A stretch of 64,000 nt of DNA, taken from positions 101,980 to 165,979 of the forward strand of contig JAYYZJ010000005.1 of the NCBI GenBank assembly GCA_036340075.1, read 5' to 3'. The position numbers and the translations under genes are program-made. Origin of the DNA: Thermodesulfobacteriota bacterium (lineage in GTDB: Bacteria; Desulfobacterota_D; UBA1144). Below are positions 61,721 to 64,000 of the stretch, piece by piece. The notes beneath the pieces are model-generated. The model had not been told where the DNA came from. It saw only the letters and a program-made list of their open reading frames with translations, and made no database searches. Numbering within the stretch: position 1 is the first letter of the stretch; every line of letters begins with the position of its first letter.

Positions 61721-62744
61721 AAATATTTATTTTTTTAAATGATGGATTAAAGATAATACCTTTTTCTGTAATTATTCCTGATATTAAATCTTTAGGCGTT
61801 ACATCAAAAGCTGGATTAGCACACTTTTTAGAGTTAGATATAAGGCTCTTATTTATAGTAATTAGTTCCTCAATATTTCTTTCTTCGATTTTGATAGATT
61901 TGCCAGATTTTGCAGCAAAATCAAATGTAGATACTGGTGCAGCTATAAAAAATGGAATTTTATGAAAGTTGGCAGATATTGCTAATTGATAAGTACCAAT
62001 CTTATTAGCTGTGTCACCATTGCTAGCTATTCTATCCGCACCTACAATTATTAAATCAATTTTTTCTTTCTCAATAATATAAGATGCCATTGAATCAGTA
62101 ATCAACGTACAATCAATGTTATTTTTTTGACATTCATAAACAGTTAAACGAGAACCTTGGAGTAATGGCCTGGTTTCAGTTGCAAAAACCCTTATTCCCT
62201 TATTCTTTTTATTAGCAAATTTAATAACTCCTAAAGCTGTTCCTGGTCCAGTAGTTGCTAAAGATCCCGTATTGCAGTGTGTAATAATTTTAGCATTCTT
62301 TTTTATTAATTTAGAACCAATTTTTGAAATAGCTGTTGATACAATATTTTCTTCTTTGGCAATTTTGATTGATTCCTTTCGAAAAATAATTAACAACTTT
62401 TCATATTTGGTTTCTTTTCCTGAATTGATTATTTTTCTGAATCTTTCTATAGCCCATGACAAATTAACTGCTGTAGGCCTAGAACACTCTATTAATTCTA
62501 ATTTAGATAATATCTCTACAGATAGCCTATCGAAGTTTTTAGATTTTGTTTCTTTTAGTGCTAGGTATGCAGCAAACCCGCCTGCAACACCAATTGCTGG
62601 TGCACCTCTTATGCTTAATTCTTTTATTGCTTTAATAACTACTTTGCTTTTTTCTGTAGATATAATATTTTCTTTAAACGGCAATTTCCTTTGGTCTAAT
62701 ATTTCAACTTTGTCATCCTTGGTAAGTCTTATGGTATCTTTCAT
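61701..62744 (-). CDS. mtnA: S-methyl-5-thioribose-1-phosphate isomerase
   Basis: 347 aa, eIF-2B/MtnA family (IRGAPAIGVAGGFAAYLA, ATETRPLLQGSRLT). Confidence 0.8.
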   Translation of the reverse strand: MKDTIRLTKDDKVEILDQRKLPFKENIISTEKSKVVIKAIKELSIRGAPAIGVAGGFAAYLALKETKSKNFDRLSVEILSKLELIECSRPTAVNLSWAIERFRKIINSGKETKYEKLLIIFRKESIKIAKEENIVSTAISKIGSKLIKKNAKIITHCNTGSLATTGPGTALGVIKFANKKNKGIRVFATETRPLLQGSRLTVYECQKNNIDCTLITDSMASYIIEKEKIDLIIVGADRIASNGDTANKIGTYQLAISANFHKIPFFIAAPVSTFDFAAKSGKSIKIEERNIEELITINKSLISNSKKCANPAFDVTPKDLISGIITEKGIIFNPSFKKINIFKNRYL

Positions 62745-63502
62745 TATATTTTATTAATTTCTTTTATAAATGGGGATTTCGGGAACTTGATCTTGTATTC
62801 ATTTACCAAATCTTCAATTACATAATCATGATCTTCAATCTTAGATAAAAAGTAAATCATTAGATATTGAGCTTCATAACTATTTGCAATCATATTTGGA
62901 ATCGACAACTTTGCATTATCAATTCTGCTATAGGCAGATTTATACTCTTTCTTTTTCATATAGAATCTTGAAATATAAATTGCTCTCTTCAAAACAAATT
63001 TTCTTGCCGCATTATATATACGTGTTGTTTCTTTAAAGTACTCACCTTGCTTAAAATTCTCAGAGAGATTCTTATACATACCTATAATGTTTAATGCAGG
63101 CTGGATATCATTATCCTTGCTGCGCATTAATTTTTCATTAGATTTGAATATTTTATAGGTTGCATAATCAATCCTAGGATGATTTGTTTGATTTTTAATA
63201 AATTCTTCATATCGACTAATAGCAAAACCCCACCTTTTTCTCTTATATGAGACCTCGCCTGAAAGTAGATAAATCTCTCTAGTGTAGACAGAATATGGAT
63301 ATCTTATTTGTAAGGTAGTTATTAAATCTTCAAGGATTCCATAATCGGTTCCCCCAAGTACGAGCCATTTTCTCTTTTTATTTACTTCATTTACAATCGA
63401 GTCATATATTTCTTTGTCAGATCCTTTAAGGATAGTAACTTTTGATGCACAAGATGTAATAAAAAAAGCTAGGATTATCAATAAAAATGCTCTTAAAAAC
63501 AT
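62744..63502 (-). CDS. lipoprotein, possibly BamD/YfiO-like (TPR-type)
   Basis: Lipobox ITSC. Weak similarity to the BamD pattern (RYPYS.Y..E..L, HPRIDYATYK). Start overlaps the mtnA region on the same strand. Confidence 0.4.
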   Translation of the reverse strand: MFLRAFLLIILAFFITSCASKVTILKGSDKEIYDSIVNEVNKKRKWLVLGGTDYGILEDLITTLQIRYPYSVYTREIYLLSGEVSYKRKRWGFAISRYEEFIKNQTNHPRIDYATYKIFKSNEKLMRSKDNDIQPALNIIGMYKNLSENFKQGEYFKETTRIYNAARKFVLKRAIYISRFYMKKKEYKSAYSRIDNAKLSIPNMIANSYEAQYLMIYFLSKIEDHDYVIEDLVNEYKIKFPKSPFIKEINKI

Positions 63503-63545
63503 AAATGCTATAATATTTCCCAGAGATTTAAAGTCAAGGTGTAAT

Positions 63546-64000
63546 ATGTCGAATTTTTTGGATTATAAAGAGATAGCAATAATTTCAGGCAATGGTGGAA
63601 ATGGCATAGCCTCATTTAGAAGAGAAAAATATGTTCCTTTTGGAGGTCCAGATGGTGGAGATGGTGGAGATGGTGGAAGTATTATTTTTTTAGGAAAAAG
63701 CAACTTAAGATCATTAAAAGATTTTAAAAATAAGAAATTGTTTAGAGCAAAAAATGGAACTAATGGTGGAAAGAAAAATAAGTCTGGAAAAAATGGTAGC
63801 AATATAGAAATAAAAGTTCCTTTAGGAACAGAAATTCTTGACATTCAGAGGAATAAGAAGCTTGCTGATATAACTATTGATGGTCAAAGAGTAGAAATTC
63901 TAAGAGGTGGTAAAGGTGGTCTAGGAAATTTAAATTTTAAGTCATCAAGAAATCGTGCACCAAGAAAATTCACTCAAGGGAAAAAGGGCTCATCTTTAAA
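63546..64000 (+). CDS. obg: GTPase Obg/CgtA, 3'-partial (runs off the window)
   Basis: MSNFLDYKEIAIISGNGGNGIASFRREKYVPFGGPDGGDGGDGGSIIF is the glycine-rich Obg fold N-terminus. AAGGTG RBS upstream. Confidence 0.85.
   Translation, partial: MSNFLDYKEIAIISGNGGNGIASFRREKYVPFGGPDGGDGGDGGSIIFLGKSNLRSLKDFKNKKLFRAKNGTNGGKKNKSGKNGSNIEIKVPLGTEILDIQRNKKLADITIDGQRVEILRGGKGGLGNLNFKSSRNRAPRKFTQGKKGSSL

Noticed and set aside
63563-63844. Minus-strand 93-aa proline-rich ORF
   Set aside because: It is the reverse-complement shadow of the glycine-rich Obg N-terminal domain (GGN codons read as NCC, giving Pro). The plus-strand obg call explains it.

Overview
This 64 kb window reads as an AT-rich bacterial chromosome segment (about 30% G+C by eye, not computed), densely packed with housekeeping genes on both strands. 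No CRISPR arrays, transposases, integrases or phage genes were recognised.

The host looks Gram-negative: a BamD-like lipoprotein, a TolC-family outer membrane protein, SecD/SecF/YajC, a long proteobacterial-type GyrB of 829 aa, and a short EF-Ts of 204 aa. Possibly delta-proteobacterial or Bdellovibrio-like, but this is uncertain.

Recognisable genes:
- Minus strand 24598-15801: dapB-tgt-yajC-secD-secF-pheS-dcd-gyrB.
- A tRNA-Lys(UUU)/tRNA-Glu(UUC)/cspA unit with a clear promoter and terminator.
- A MerR-family regulator with a B12-binding-like domain, divergent from a sigma-70 family sigma factor.
- pdxH, then a TolC / HlyD-adaptor / ABC-ATPase / MacB-FtsX-permease efflux operon.
- uppS-dxr-rseP on the plus strand, opposite frr-pyrH-tsf-rpsB on the minus strand, with a HemQ/Cld-like gene, an MBL hydrolase and serS in between.
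- tRNA-Ser(UGA), rsmI, the run carA-gshB-gatC-gatA, plsC, gatB, an Ogg2-type DNA glycosylase, an aminotransferase and panBCD.
- An NTP-transferase plus CDP-alcohol phosphatidyltransferase pair, an SNF-family Na+ symporter, a DksA/TraR-like protein, mtnA, a BamD-like lipoprotein and the 5' end of obg.
- Also fumC, trxA, hisS, MFS transporters, tatA, msrB, crcB, a GT4 glycosyltransferase and rsmG.

About a dozen ORFs have no recognisable family.

Main hunt results:
- The MerR/B12-like regulator, whose cobalamin His ligand is replaced, divergent from a sigma factor.
- The nucleotidyltransferase / CDP-alcohol transferase module.
- Two unknown genes translationally coupled to fumC.
- Smaller observations: start-site corrections for carA and rsmG, unusual gene neighbourhoods, and N-terminal extensions.
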